This document shows, piece by piece, positions 36,755-46,009 of a DNA stretch of 64,000 nt (within the stretch, counting starts at the first letter, position 1; each line of letters begins with the position of its first letter). Where the stretch lies: positions 1 through 64,000 of the IMG/VR virus record IMGVR_UViG_3300020599_000004; one strand, 5' to 3'. The notes under the pieces are model-generated. The model ran no database searches. It was not told the origin of the DNA and was given only the letters and a program-made list of their open reading frames with translations. The stretch is from a virus. Both the position numbers and the translations under genes were made by a program.

Positions 36755-37275
36755 AGCTTGTCCACGATGAACTTCTCCAGACCGAAGGAGATCATCAGGG
36801 AATCCTCGTGGTTTATCGCCTGGTGCTTCGTGTTGGCCGGGATGAAGAGGGATTCGCCGGGCTTGAGGGTGTATTCACCGTCAAGGGTTCTGAAGGTCTT
36901 GTTGCCCTTCACCATCAAGACCAGGACATCGTCCGGGTCGGTGTGCATCGGGAAGGACAAGGATTCTGCGGGTGAGATGAACAGATGGGCGGTCACCGGA
37001 CCATCGTGTTCAAAGTAATGCTTCAGGAATTCGCAGCATGCGTACAATTCTGCGGAGAGTTTCTCGTAATGCTCGATCTTGATGGGGCAGTCGATGTGAG
37101 CAATCACATCGGAGCAGCTATGGGCTGTTTCACACCCTGCTTCTCCGAGGACGATCTTGACCATGCCTTCTTCGTAGGCATAGAGACTCTCCAGTACCTG
37201 ACGGTGGTGCATCTGCGCCTCAGTCAAGTGAAAGTTGGCAAAGTCTTGATGCTTTCTCACAGCACTGCGGTCCAT
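36751..37275 (-). CDS. JmjC/cupin_4-type Fe(II)/2OG oxygenase
   Basis: AHLFISP..SFPMHTDPDDVLVLMVKGNK..LKPGESLFIPANTKHQA (HxD..K..H); GGAG RBS before ATG 37275. Confidence 0.82.
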   Translation of the reverse strand: MDRSAVRKHQDFANFHLTEAQMHHRQVLESLYAYEEGMVKIVLGEAGCETAHSCSDVIAHIDCPIKIEHYEKLSAELYACCEFLKHYFEHDGPVTAHLFISPAESLSFPMHTDPDDVLVLMVKGNKTFRTLDGEYTLKPGESLFIPANTKHQAINHEDSLMISFGLEKFIVDKL

Positions 37276-37367
37276 TTCCTGTCTCCAAAAGTAGGGGTAG
37301 GCCACATCAATGACCTACCCCTTACTTTCTTACTGCCTATGCCCAGTTCCCTAGCAATAAAAAATTG

Positions 37368-38291
37368 TCAGATAAAGTCCTTAGCCCTACGGCGAGCCGT
37401 GGATGCACTGATACCCAATGCTTCAGCTGCTGCACTCGCATGACTGTACGTCACCCCATCGATCACCAGAGGTTTTCTACTCCTGGCTATCGCCGCATCG
37501 ATCTTACCTCGCACACTGGCCTTATAGTCAGGGTCTGCCCACTTAGCCCGCATGGCTGCCCCATGCCGTTCTCTAAACCCCTCTATCTCCCATGTGGCAG
37601 CACCAGATTTCTTCTGGTTGGCAGCATACTCAGGATCTTCCCAGAGCCTCTTGGTGGCGCTGGATAACTTCTTCAGATACTCAGGGTCAGCTGCCAAGCG
37701 TTTCCCAGTTTCGACCCGTCGGGCTTTCACCGCAGGATCGGCGTAGATGTCCTTGATTTTGGATCGGAAGTCAGGGTCCTGCCATTGCGCCTTAGCTGCA
37801 TCGCTCAGCTTCTTACGGGTGTCTTCGTGAGCAGGGCGATACTCCTCGACCATGTGCCGCTGATTTACGCAGTAGGGGTCATTAAACAGCAGATCAACCA
37901 ATCGCTGCTCGACGGTCCTGGCTTCGCCTTCAGTGTTAGTGAAGAGGTAGATCACATCCGGCAACGCCCGTCTGCGGTCATACTCGCACTGGAGTTTCTG
38001 GTTGTAATGCTTGTTGGCCTTTAAGAAGTAAAGGTGCGTACGAGATCGTACCTGTAGGTAATAAGTGCTGCCGATGTAGAACTTACCACTGTTCCTGAAA
38101 TAGAGCACGTAAACCCCACATCGATCACCGGAGTACCTAATTCCACTGAGAGCAGGTCCCACTCCAGCAAACGCCTCAGGGTAGTTACAGTACTCCTCGA
38201 TCTCGTCATCCACCCAGCACCACAGCAGCCGGTGGAACCCGGCTGCTGTCCATTGCTTCAGATTTTCACCGCAATGCATCAGTTCTAACAT
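37368..38291 (-). mobile_element. free-standing GIY-YIG homing endonuclease with NUMOD3-like repeats and C-terminal HTH
   Basis: GVYVLY..KFYIGST..R..H; repeated W.DP.[FY] helices; KPLVIDGVTY..A..ALGIS. Confidence 0.85.
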
Positions 38292-38362
38292 AGACAGTTC
38301 TCCATGGGGTTACTTTCGTTCACACCATGGAGATACTTGTAAATAAAAACTGTGCATAACCC

Positions 38363-39811
38363 TTACTGCCACTGTGGTGGCCAGAAAGCGCGCCAACCAC
38401 CAGATACTGCCACGTACGCCACTCCACCAGTCACGTAGACGGAACCATCCACGCCGACAGTGTTCTTCGGCGTATAGCGCGCATCGTGGTCACCGCTGTT
38501 GACGTGGTCGTACATGCCACCTGCCGTGAGCAGGATCGCGTCGCTGTTCTGGTTACGCAGTCGCGTGATGGCATTGGGGATGTTCCCCAAACCGACCTGA
38601 GCCTTAGTGACGTTGTGCGGGTTGTTGGTGTTGTTGATGTGACTCGTCAGGGAATTACCCACCAACTGAGCGATGGCTTGAGCCGTACGCAGCGGGGTCA
38701 TGAAGCGATCGTTCGCTGTACCGGCTTGGGCTTCGGCTTGTGTTGCGGTCAGGAAGTTATCGACATTCCCCAAACCGACCTGAGCCTTGGTCGTCTGGTG
38801 GGGGTTGTTCATGTCCTGCAAGTGAGCTGTCAGCTGGTTACCCACAAGCTGGGTAATGGCCGTTTTGGTCAGAGCAGGGGTCATGAACTTGTCGGTGGCA
38901 GTCCCAGCCTGTGCATCGGCGGTGGTGGCTGTGGCGAAGTTATCCACGTTACCCAGGTTGACTTGGGCTTTGGTTACCTTGTGCGGATTGTTAAAGTCCG
39001 ACAAGTGAGGTGACAAGACACTGTTGGCAATGGCCGTTGCTGTCAGACCCGTCAAGTACGGCGTCATGTACTTGTTGTTGACTGTGGCTGCCTGTGCTTC
39101 AGCGTTGGTGGCGATGCCGAAGTTCTGTACCAGACCCAGTCCCACCTGAGCAGCCGTCACCTGGTGAGGGTTGGAAGTGTCATTGACGTGCTGGTTCAGC
39201 TGGCTCTGGAAGCCATCGATCTGTGCCTGCACCTGATCGATCAGGTACTGGAACTGTTGGCGCAGCTCATCGTGCGATGCGGCATCGCCCTGGAGGATGG
39301 CAACACGGATGTACTCCAGCTGCTCACCGATGTACTCCCAGCCGTAGGTATCCCCCAGATCGTGCAGGTGAGGGGTCGGCGGATAGAGGGCAGGTTTGCC
39401 GATGATGTCGCCCCAGTGCACGGGACGTTCATCCAGGTCCAGAGCCTCGAGCATCTCTTGCAGAGCGTAGACCGACCAGGAGAACTCACCCCCCACCACC
39501 TGATAGGTGATCAGGACTTCGTCACCCACGGTCTGGTCGGTAACGTAGACCACCGAGCAGACGTCCAGACCGGTACGAATGGAAGCTTCTTGGTAGGGTT
39601 GCAGCAGCAGGTACTGATCAACAGGTCTGAGGACTTCCCCAGTGTCGGCACGAGTGACCACAACTGAGTCCGTGTAGAAGGGACCACAGTTGGGCACGAA
39701 TGCCCGCTCTTTCGTCGAACCGATCGTGTGGGGTTCGTTGATGACAAGGTTAGTCGGAGACTTTCCCGTCAGATCAAGCGGGTATTTGAAAAGAAGAGGC
39801 TTGGTACCCAT
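38363..39811 (-). CDS. tail fibre protein with four NPH repeats
   Basis: YPLDLTGKSPTNL N-terminus; 4x H..D/N.NPH.VT.AQV.LG ~61-aa repeats. Confidence 0.8.
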   Translation of the reverse strand: MGTKPLLFKYPLDLTGKSPTNLVINEPHTIGSTKERAFVPNCGPFYTDSVVVTRADTGEVLRPVDQYLLLQPYQEASIRTGLDVCSVVYVTDQTVGDEVLITYQVVGGEFSWSVYALQEMLEALDLDERPVHWGDIIGKPALYPPTPHLHDLGDTYGWEYIGEQLEYIRVAILQGDAASHDELRQQFQYLIDQVQAQIDGFQSQLNQHVNDTSNPHQVTAAQVGLGLVQNFGIATNAEAQAATVNNKYMTPYLTGLTATAIANSVLSPHLSDFNNPHKVTKAQVNLGNVDNFATATTADAQAGTATDKFMTPALTKTAITQLVGNQLTAHLQDMNNPHQTTKAQVGLGNVDNFLTATQAEAQAGTANDRFMTPLRTAQAIAQLVGNSLTSHINNTNNPHNVTKAQVGLGNIPNAITRLRNQNSDAILLTAGGMYDHVNSGDHDARYTPKNTVGVDGSVYVTGGVAYVAVSGGWRAFWPPQWQ

Positions 39812-39938
39812 CCTTAAGCTCCCGTGGGTTCTGAAACCCCAACTACGAAGGTAGAAGTGGGGTACTGTGTTTGGTAAAAATTTACCGTATGTTCAAAGGA
39901 TTTGAGGAAAACGCTTCCAAGAATCTCTGGTTAAAAAC

Positions 39939-40075
39939 AGAGTAAGGATAAGGGCTCTTTTGCCCTTATCCTTACTCTTCCTTATTCTTCTTTTCTCCTT
40001 AGGTAGGTTTATCTACCTAAGGGTACTGGGAATGATCGACACGGCTAGGTCCGCAGAGACCTAGCCGTTTATGCC
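39939..40075. terminator. cluster of three hairpins in intergenic region
   Basis: 17-bp IR 39939-39978; 8-bp IR 39999-40020; 11-bp IR 40041-40068 with TTATGCC. Confidence 0.6.
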
Positions 40076-40076
40076 G

Positions 40077-42968
40077 TCAGGACTTCCATCCAGGTGCCAG
40101 AGTTGCCGGTTGAGTCGGATTACCCGAAGTCGCCGGGATAGCCATCCCCACCGGAGTCTGGGAGATCCGGTAGTTACCCAACCTCGATACCTTGTCGATC
40201 TGCATGGTGCTAATCTGCGTAGCACCCGTGATGATCTTACCGATGTACATCCGGGTATCGGACTCAGCCTGCTCAGTCGTGGTAATCTGATAGGCAGGCG
40301 TGCTACCGGACCAGTTCACGTAGACGTAGAAGGTGGAGTTGGATGGATCAGCTTGAACTTCGGTAAGATCGAAGGAAGCAGGCGCCAATTGGTCGTACTT
40401 ACCTTTCATCACCACTGGCGTGGGGTCGGTAAAGTACACCATCCATCCTGCGGGGACTTGTTGGGACATCACCACGATCTTATCGGCACGTGTCTTAGCA
40501 GGCCAGGTGATAAAGCTGGCTTTATCGGTGGCATTGAGTTGGAATTCCAACTTGGTGTAGGCATCGGTGTCTTCGTCACCGTTACGCAGAGTACCGATGC
40601 CTACACCCGGCAGTGCGAAGTAGTGAGCAGGGGTGTTGTCGTAGTCATACTCCAGGTAGGCAAACCCTTCTATGGAGCCGTCGGTGTTTACGAAGAGCTT
40701 AAAGCTGTTGATCAGTAATCCCGAGCCTGGTCGGATGATGGCGCCCACACCGGTGAGGGTGATGGCGTAACCACCTGCCATTTTCGTGTAGATGCTGCCA
40801 GCGACCTGACTGGAGTTGGCCAACGTCATGGATGTATTGGTGGTAACCACACTGGAGTATTTACCTGCCAGAGTGACCAGACCGATGGAGTTGATCGTCC
40901 CTGTACGGGCATTGACTGAACAGGTGAAGACAGCCGCGCACTGCATCCCATCGGGCTGGATGGCCCAGAGGATGAAGATACAAGGTGCGGCAGCGTCGAC
41001 AGGGACGATCAGCTGACCTGCGGTGGCTTTAGGGGTACCCGTATAACCTGCCGCTGTGTACGCAGCTGCCTTCGCATTCGCAAAAGCCGTAGCATCCACG
41101 GTGACCATAGAGCCCACAACTTGGTTCTCATCGATGCTGCCGGGTCGTGACAGGTTACCGTCCCAGAAGATGGTGCACCGATTAGCCGTGATGTTACCCG
41201 ACTGGTCGATTTCGGTCAGGAATATCCCGTCATTTACATGACCTCCCACATCCGTGGACAGCTTACGATATGCCTTGGGTGAGTAACCAGGGATATCCGC
41301 ACCGCTGAGTGACTTGTACATGAACGTGGGAGATTCCCCGTTGTCCTTGTACTTGCCCACTGCACGTTTTAGGGTACCGGTGCCTTTGGAGATGGCGGTT
41401 AGATAGCCATTGGGCAGCAGACTGACTGCCTGGAACGCGCTCATAAAGGGACTCGGACCAATGGCTGCGGTGTCCTTGGTCTCTGTGGAGCTGACAAGCC
41501 CATTAGCTGGGGTGACGTCGAAGGGCTTGGTAAAGTTGGCCAGTTTGTATCGAACGATGGAATAAGTACCACCCGATAAGTTGGATGGGTAGACCATCAA
41601 CACGGTGCCATCTTCGGCTATCAGGTAGTTCTTGCCGCCGTAGTAATAGCTAGAGTTGCTGATCCAGCGGTTACTGTCGGAGTATGCCTGGTTGGAAAGG
41701 ATCATACTCGTCTTGCTGGCATTGTAGGTGATCTCACACCCGCCTTGGTACGCAGCATCCACCACCGCCGTCTTTGCCACTGGGTCGATGACCAGGCTTA
41801 GCATCATCTCGGTGTTAGCAAAGCTTGTAGCATCCGGGTAGATTCGGTACAGACCAAACAACGCCGTACGCAGCTTCCCGGTGGCAGCATCGACCTCGGT
41901 GTGGGTCATGAGACCGTTACGACTGCTGCTGAAGAAGTCCGTCTTATAAGGACTGGCAGGGTGGTGGAACACGGCGTCATCTGCGACGTTCTCGGACGAC
42001 AGCATATCGGCCAGACGGATGTTGGTCTGAGCGACCTTGTTCGACCGAACACCCGTGACATCCCATCCCGTGACAGGATTCGCCGCCGTGATGGTCCCTG
42101 CGATAATGTCCGACACCGCAATGTTGGCCACGACCTGTACTTCAAATGGCGTCGATCCAGGGTAATTGCCCTGGCGACCATCCAGTGCCAGCAGTACATA
42201 GACCCGATCGCCAACCAGTACAGGCTCTGCCAGTCGCCAACCACCCGAGACAGTGGGATTGATTTCCGACAATGGGATCAGTGCACCAATGTGCTTACTG
42301 TCATCCAGGGTGCCATTGCACAGCGCCACGAACATTTGTCGGTTCGTGTTGGCGCCTTCGTCAGAGATTTCCCCTAACAGCACACCCTTGTTACCTGCAT
42401 AGACCACCCGAACCTGTTTACCATCCGGGACGAAGGCAGGGTGGTAACGGCGGTTGGTGTAGATAGCGTTGAGTGGCGCAGTCAGCGCATTCTTCATGTA
42501 CGTATAGTACGCTCCAATCGACGCGCCATCGGTGGCATTACGCAGCCAGGTAAGTGTGCCGTCGCGCTCCAGTACCAGCGGCTGGGACATGTAACCGGTG
42601 CCGCCTAGCGTTGTACCCGACTCGTACGATCCTCCTACGCCAATGGGCAGGTAATCCAGCGTACCAAAGCGCGAGAACGGCAGAATGCCCGACGGCAGTT
42701 TCTGTGCAAACAGCGCATTGGATTCGGTCTTGTTGTAAGCACCGAGGGTGGCAGCGGTAACGTTGTGGGGATTGTTCTTGTTGGCGATATGGACATCGGC
42801 CAGGTTCTTGGCCGCTGCCGGGTAACTGGCCGCAGCAGCGCCACCCAGCGCCTGCGCATCGTCCGCTATGGACGAGGACGCAGGCTTCTTGGTCATGACA
42901 GTCTTCACCGCCGCGAAGAAGTCATCCATGGCATCCTTTACGGCCTGGTACTGATCCAAAACACTCAT
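40077..42968 (-). CDS. large tail fibre/tail-tip paralogue (phiKZ gp131-family-like)
   Basis: 963 aa; shares N-terminal LPSGILPFSRFG..LERDG and C-terminal GW.VYFT..YRIS..P with neighbours. Confidence 0.8.
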   Translation of the reverse strand: MSVLDQYQAVKDAMDDFFAAVKTVMTKKPASSSIADDAQALGGAAAASYPAAAKNLADVHIANKNNPHNVTAATLGAYNKTESNALFAQKLPSGILPFSRFGTLDYLPIGVGGSYESGTTLGGTGYMSQPLVLERDGTLTWLRNATDGASIGAYYTYMKNALTAPLNAIYTNRRYHPAFVPDGKQVRVVYAGNKGVLLGEISDEGANTNRQMFVALCNGTLDDSKHIGALIPLSEINPTVSGGWRLAEPVLVGDRVYVLLALDGRQGNYPGSTPFEVQVVANIAVSDIIAGTITAANPVTGWDVTGVRSNKVAQTNIRLADMLSSENVADDAVFHHPASPYKTDFFSSSRNGLMTHTEVDAATGKLRTALFGLYRIYPDATSFANTEMMLSLVIDPVAKTAVVDAAYQGGCEITYNASKTSMILSNQAYSDSNRWISNSSYYYGGKNYLIAEDGTVLMVYPSNLSGGTYSIVRYKLANFTKPFDVTPANGLVSSTETKDTAAIGPSPFMSAFQAVSLLPNGYLTAISKGTGTLKRAVGKYKDNGESPTFMYKSLSGADIPGYSPKAYRKLSTDVGGHVNDGIFLTEIDQSGNITANRCTIFWDGNLSRPGSIDENQVVGSMVTVDATAFANAKAAAYTAAGYTGTPKATAGQLIVPVDAAAPCIFILWAIQPDGMQCAAVFTCSVNARTGTINSIGLVTLAGKYSSVVTTNTSMTLANSSQVAGSIYTKMAGGYAITLTGVGAIIRPGSGLLINSFKLFVNTDGSIEGFAYLEYDYDNTPAHYFALPGVGIGTLRNGDEDTDAYTKLEFQLNATDKASFITWPAKTRADKIVVMSQQVPAGWMVYFTDPTPVVMKGKYDQLAPASFDLTEVQADPSNSTFYVYVNWSGSTPAYQITTTEQAESDTRMYIGKIITGATQISTMQIDKVSRLGNYRISQTPVGMAIPATSGNPTQPATLAPGWKS

Positions 42969-42989
42969 GCGTGTTCTCCATTAAAGTTA

Positions 42990-43018
42990 GCGGGGAGTTG
43001 TCTCCCCGCCTTTATGCC
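42990..43018 (-). terminator. GGCATAAA-hairpin element
   Basis: GCGGGGAG/CTCCCCGC stem directly after the stop of the 981-aa gene. Confidence 0.65.
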
Positions 43019-43019
43019 G

Positions 43020-45965
43020 TTATGGGAACCAAGCCGGGTTCAGGCTGCCAGACTCAGTCGGCAGACCTTCGCTGATCGGCACGGCAGACCCACAGGGCGT
43101 AGAGCTGATGCGGAAGTTGTCGAACTTGGTGACCTTCTCCACGTTCAGAGCAGTGATGCTGTTTACCCCCGTGACGATGGTACCGATGAACAGAGAACTG
43201 TTGTCCTCGTTCTCGTAACTGGTCGTGATCTCGTAGGAGGCCACCCCATCCACCAAGTTGACGTAGAGGTAGAAAGTCGAGTTCGAGGGGTCAGGTTTGA
43301 CCGTGGTGAGATCGATCGAGCCGATGGGCAGACTGTAGTACGCTCCACCCAGGATCACGGGAGTGACCTCGGTGAAGTAGACAATCCAACCCTGAGCGAC
43401 CTCTTGGGAAATCAGCACAGGAGACTGATCCTCAGTGGTCAGGTAAGTCCAGGTACTGAGTTGGGCTTTGGTCTTGGCAAACCCGCGGAAGATCAACTTA
43501 GTGTTCGAGTCGATCAGGTAGATATCTCCCACCCCGTATCCCGGCATGGCCGAATAACGAGCACCGGTGTTAGCAGCCGAGGATGCGGTGACTCCACCCG
43601 TGATCGCCGATCCATCGGACTTGTTAATACCGAAGCGGTACTTGGCCATTTGCGAGCCACCCGGGTAGGTATACTGCCCGGAGGCACCACCTGCAATCAG
43701 GTAAGCATCGCTCGTCTCATAAATCCCGATGTTGAGGTTGCGGTATGCGTTCATCGCATCGAAAACAACACCCGTAATGCCAGTGGCCGTTCCAACACTG
43801 CCACTGGCCACGAGGGTTCCGGGGACCATGGACGTGACAGCACCGGAGCGTGCGTTTACCGTCACCAGCGCCACCGCACAGCGACGTTCATTGGTGGGGC
43901 TCAGGGCGTACGACACCGAGGCAAATGCAGGGACATTGGCGTCCTGCGGAATGACCAGGTCGATGATCGAGGTACCGATGACATTACTTACGCTGTGCCC
44001 TGCCAAGACGATGATTTGATCACGCAATGTTTCCAAGGCTGCCTGCGTGGCAGATATCGTCCCACTGGTGGTCAGGTCGTCATTGATCGTTACCGGTCGC
44101 GACAACGCCGAGGCACTGTTCGATAGCACCGATCCGCTGACTGCCTTGAACCCTGTGTCATCGGCGTGGACAATGGTCCCCGTCAGCAAGGTGCGGGTGG
44201 CAGAGGCCTGGGTGATATCCACTCGATCCGTGGTGGGTGCGAACCCGGGAATGCTCGGGTACGTAATCGACTTGTACGTGTAGTTCGGTGTGAGGGGATC
44301 ACCTGGGTCTCTCAGACTGAACGATACCATGCCGTAGCTGTTACTGTTATTCCGGGTCATGGTCACTGCTTTGTTGTTGGGCAGGAATCGCAGTCCGTCG
44401 AATGCATCCCCAGCCGCCGAACCAAAACCCAGAACCACGTTCAGCGCTTCCCTGGTTTCCGGTGCTTTGTTGACGATGGGACCTTGGATAACATCGAATG
44501 CACTCGTGAACGTGTTCCACTTCCCGCGGTAGAGCGATTCGCTGCTGGCAGGGCCATAGGGCAGTCGACTGGTGAAAATCTGCCCATTGTTGGTGATGTA
44601 TGCCCGATACGAAATGTCCACCGAGGTGTAGTTTTCCAAGAACGAGCCGTTGCCTGCACCTACGATGCTGCCACCATAAACCAGTGTCCCGTCACCCGCT
44701 GGGCTCAGCGTTACCGGCGTCTGACCGGCGTCCAGGGTCACAGTCAGATCGCTCATGTTGACAGTAAAGCTGTAAGCGATCTTATTGGACTGTAAGCCCT
44801 TACCAGATCCACTGTACCGTGGATCTTGGTAGACCAGTACCCTCAGTTTGGATTGGTCAGCGTTGAAAATAGACAGGGTCATGACCCGACCCGATCCGCC
44901 GATATGGCGCTGACCGTCCCACCAACCACTTTGGTCACCGTTCACATGCTGGATAAGTGCAGGGGTGGTGGTGCCTTGAGCCTCGGAAACAGCTGCCAGA
45001 CGAATCTTACCCGTACTGTAAGTTGCCCCCAAGAAGCCCGTGCACTGACCTACTGCGCTCTGAGTCGGCGTGACTTTTGACCCACTGCCCAATGCAGAGA
45101 TCGGGATTTCATAGAGCGTGAAGTCCAGCGGTTCTGCGATGGTCGGACCACTCGGGCTGGCGTACTGGTTGTAGAGGATGTACACCTTCGAGTTTGCGAG
45201 GATAACTTCCGACTTGTTGAGGATGTCATCCCACGTGGGACCGTCCAGGAGGATACAGGTCGCATGCTTACTGTCGTCCAAAGTACCTTTGGTGGGGGTG
45301 ATAAAGATATCCCCCAGTGTCCCAGCCGCATTTTGGAAACGCCCTGCCAGGATACCTTGACCACCTTGGTACAGGTAAGCCACACTGGAGCCTGCCGGCA
45401 GGAAAGGTGGCAGATACCGGCGCGTCGTCATGACGATCTTCTTACCCGTCAATCCATTGACAGCGTCTGGCACGTAACCGTAGTACGCACTCTGACTGGA
45501 GCCATCCGTGCCATTACGCAGCAGGGCCAGGTTGCCGTTGGCTTCCAACTGCATGGAGAACATCTCCCGCAGGTTGACGCCATTAGGATTACCGGTAGCC
45601 CGTACGATTGACGCCCCTTCGAAGCTCCCGGCTACCCCTGCCGGCAGATAGTCCAGGCTACCGTAACGCGACAGCGGGATTACACCGGCCGGTACACAGG
45701 CCGCAGCAGAACTGTCGATTGCACTGATCGGGAATGCGTTGACTTGGTCGGGCGTCAAGTCATGGGGGTTGGCTTTGTTGTTGCTGTGCGTAGCCATATA
45801 CGCATCAGCCGTGGTCTTCATTTGGGTGGGCGTTTGACCGCCCAGCGTCGGTGCGCTATCAGCCAGCGCCACCGACGCGGGTTTCTTGGCCAGGATAGCT
45901 TTCACTTTCGCCGAGTAGTTGGCGAAGCTATCCATCAGATTCTGAAGTTCGGTTGCAATGCTCAT
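43020..45965 (-). CDS. large tail fibre/tail-tip paralogue (phiKZ gp131-family-like)
   Basis: 981 aa; paralogous N- and C-termini with the 963-aa neighbour. Confidence 0.8.
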   Translation of the reverse strand: MSIATELQNLMDSFANYSAKVKAILAKKPASVALADSAPTLGGQTPTQMKTTADAYMATHSNNKANPHDLTPDQVNAFPISAIDSSAAACVPAGVIPLSRYGSLDYLPAGVAGSFEGASIVRATGNPNGVNLREMFSMQLEANGNLALLRNGTDGSSQSAYYGYVPDAVNGLTGKKIVMTTRRYLPPFLPAGSSVAYLYQGGQGILAGRFQNAAGTLGDIFITPTKGTLDDSKHATCILLDGPTWDDILNKSEVILANSKVYILYNQYASPSGPTIAEPLDFTLYEIPISALGSGSKVTPTQSAVGQCTGFLGATYSTGKIRLAAVSEAQGTTTPALIQHVNGDQSGWWDGQRHIGGSGRVMTLSIFNADQSKLRVLVYQDPRYSGSGKGLQSNKIAYSFTVNMSDLTVTLDAGQTPVTLSPAGDGTLVYGGSIVGAGNGSFLENYTSVDISYRAYITNNGQIFTSRLPYGPASSESLYRGKWNTFTSAFDVIQGPIVNKAPETREALNVVLGFGSAAGDAFDGLRFLPNNKAVTMTRNNSNSYGMVSFSLRDPGDPLTPNYTYKSITYPSIPGFAPTTDRVDITQASATRTLLTGTIVHADDTGFKAVSGSVLSNSASALSRPVTINDDLTTSGTISATQAALETLRDQIIVLAGHSVSNVIGTSIIDLVIPQDANVPAFASVSYALSPTNERRCAVALVTVNARSGAVTSMVPGTLVASGSVGTATGITGVVFDAMNAYRNLNIGIYETSDAYLIAGGASGQYTYPGGSQMAKYRFGINKSDGSAITGGVTASSAANTGARYSAMPGYGVGDIYLIDSNTKLIFRGFAKTKAQLSTWTYLTTEDQSPVLISQEVAQGWIVYFTEVTPVILGGAYYSLPIGSIDLTTVKPDPSNSTFYLYVNLVDGVASYEITTSYENEDNSSLFIGTIVTGVNSITALNVEKVTKFDNFRISSTPCGSAVPISEGLPTESGSLNPAWFP

Positions 45966-46009
45966 GACGGTTTCCAGTCAGTTAGAGACAATCCTTCACA
46001 TCAACCGTG

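Noticed and set aside
37368-38291. Group I intron hosting the GIY-YIG ORF
   Set aside because: Flanking genes have their own intact stop and start; no split reading frame seen
42765-44126. 453-aa plus-strand ORF across fibre genes
   Set aside because: Antisense to well-supported fibre CDSs and crosses a terminator; no motifs
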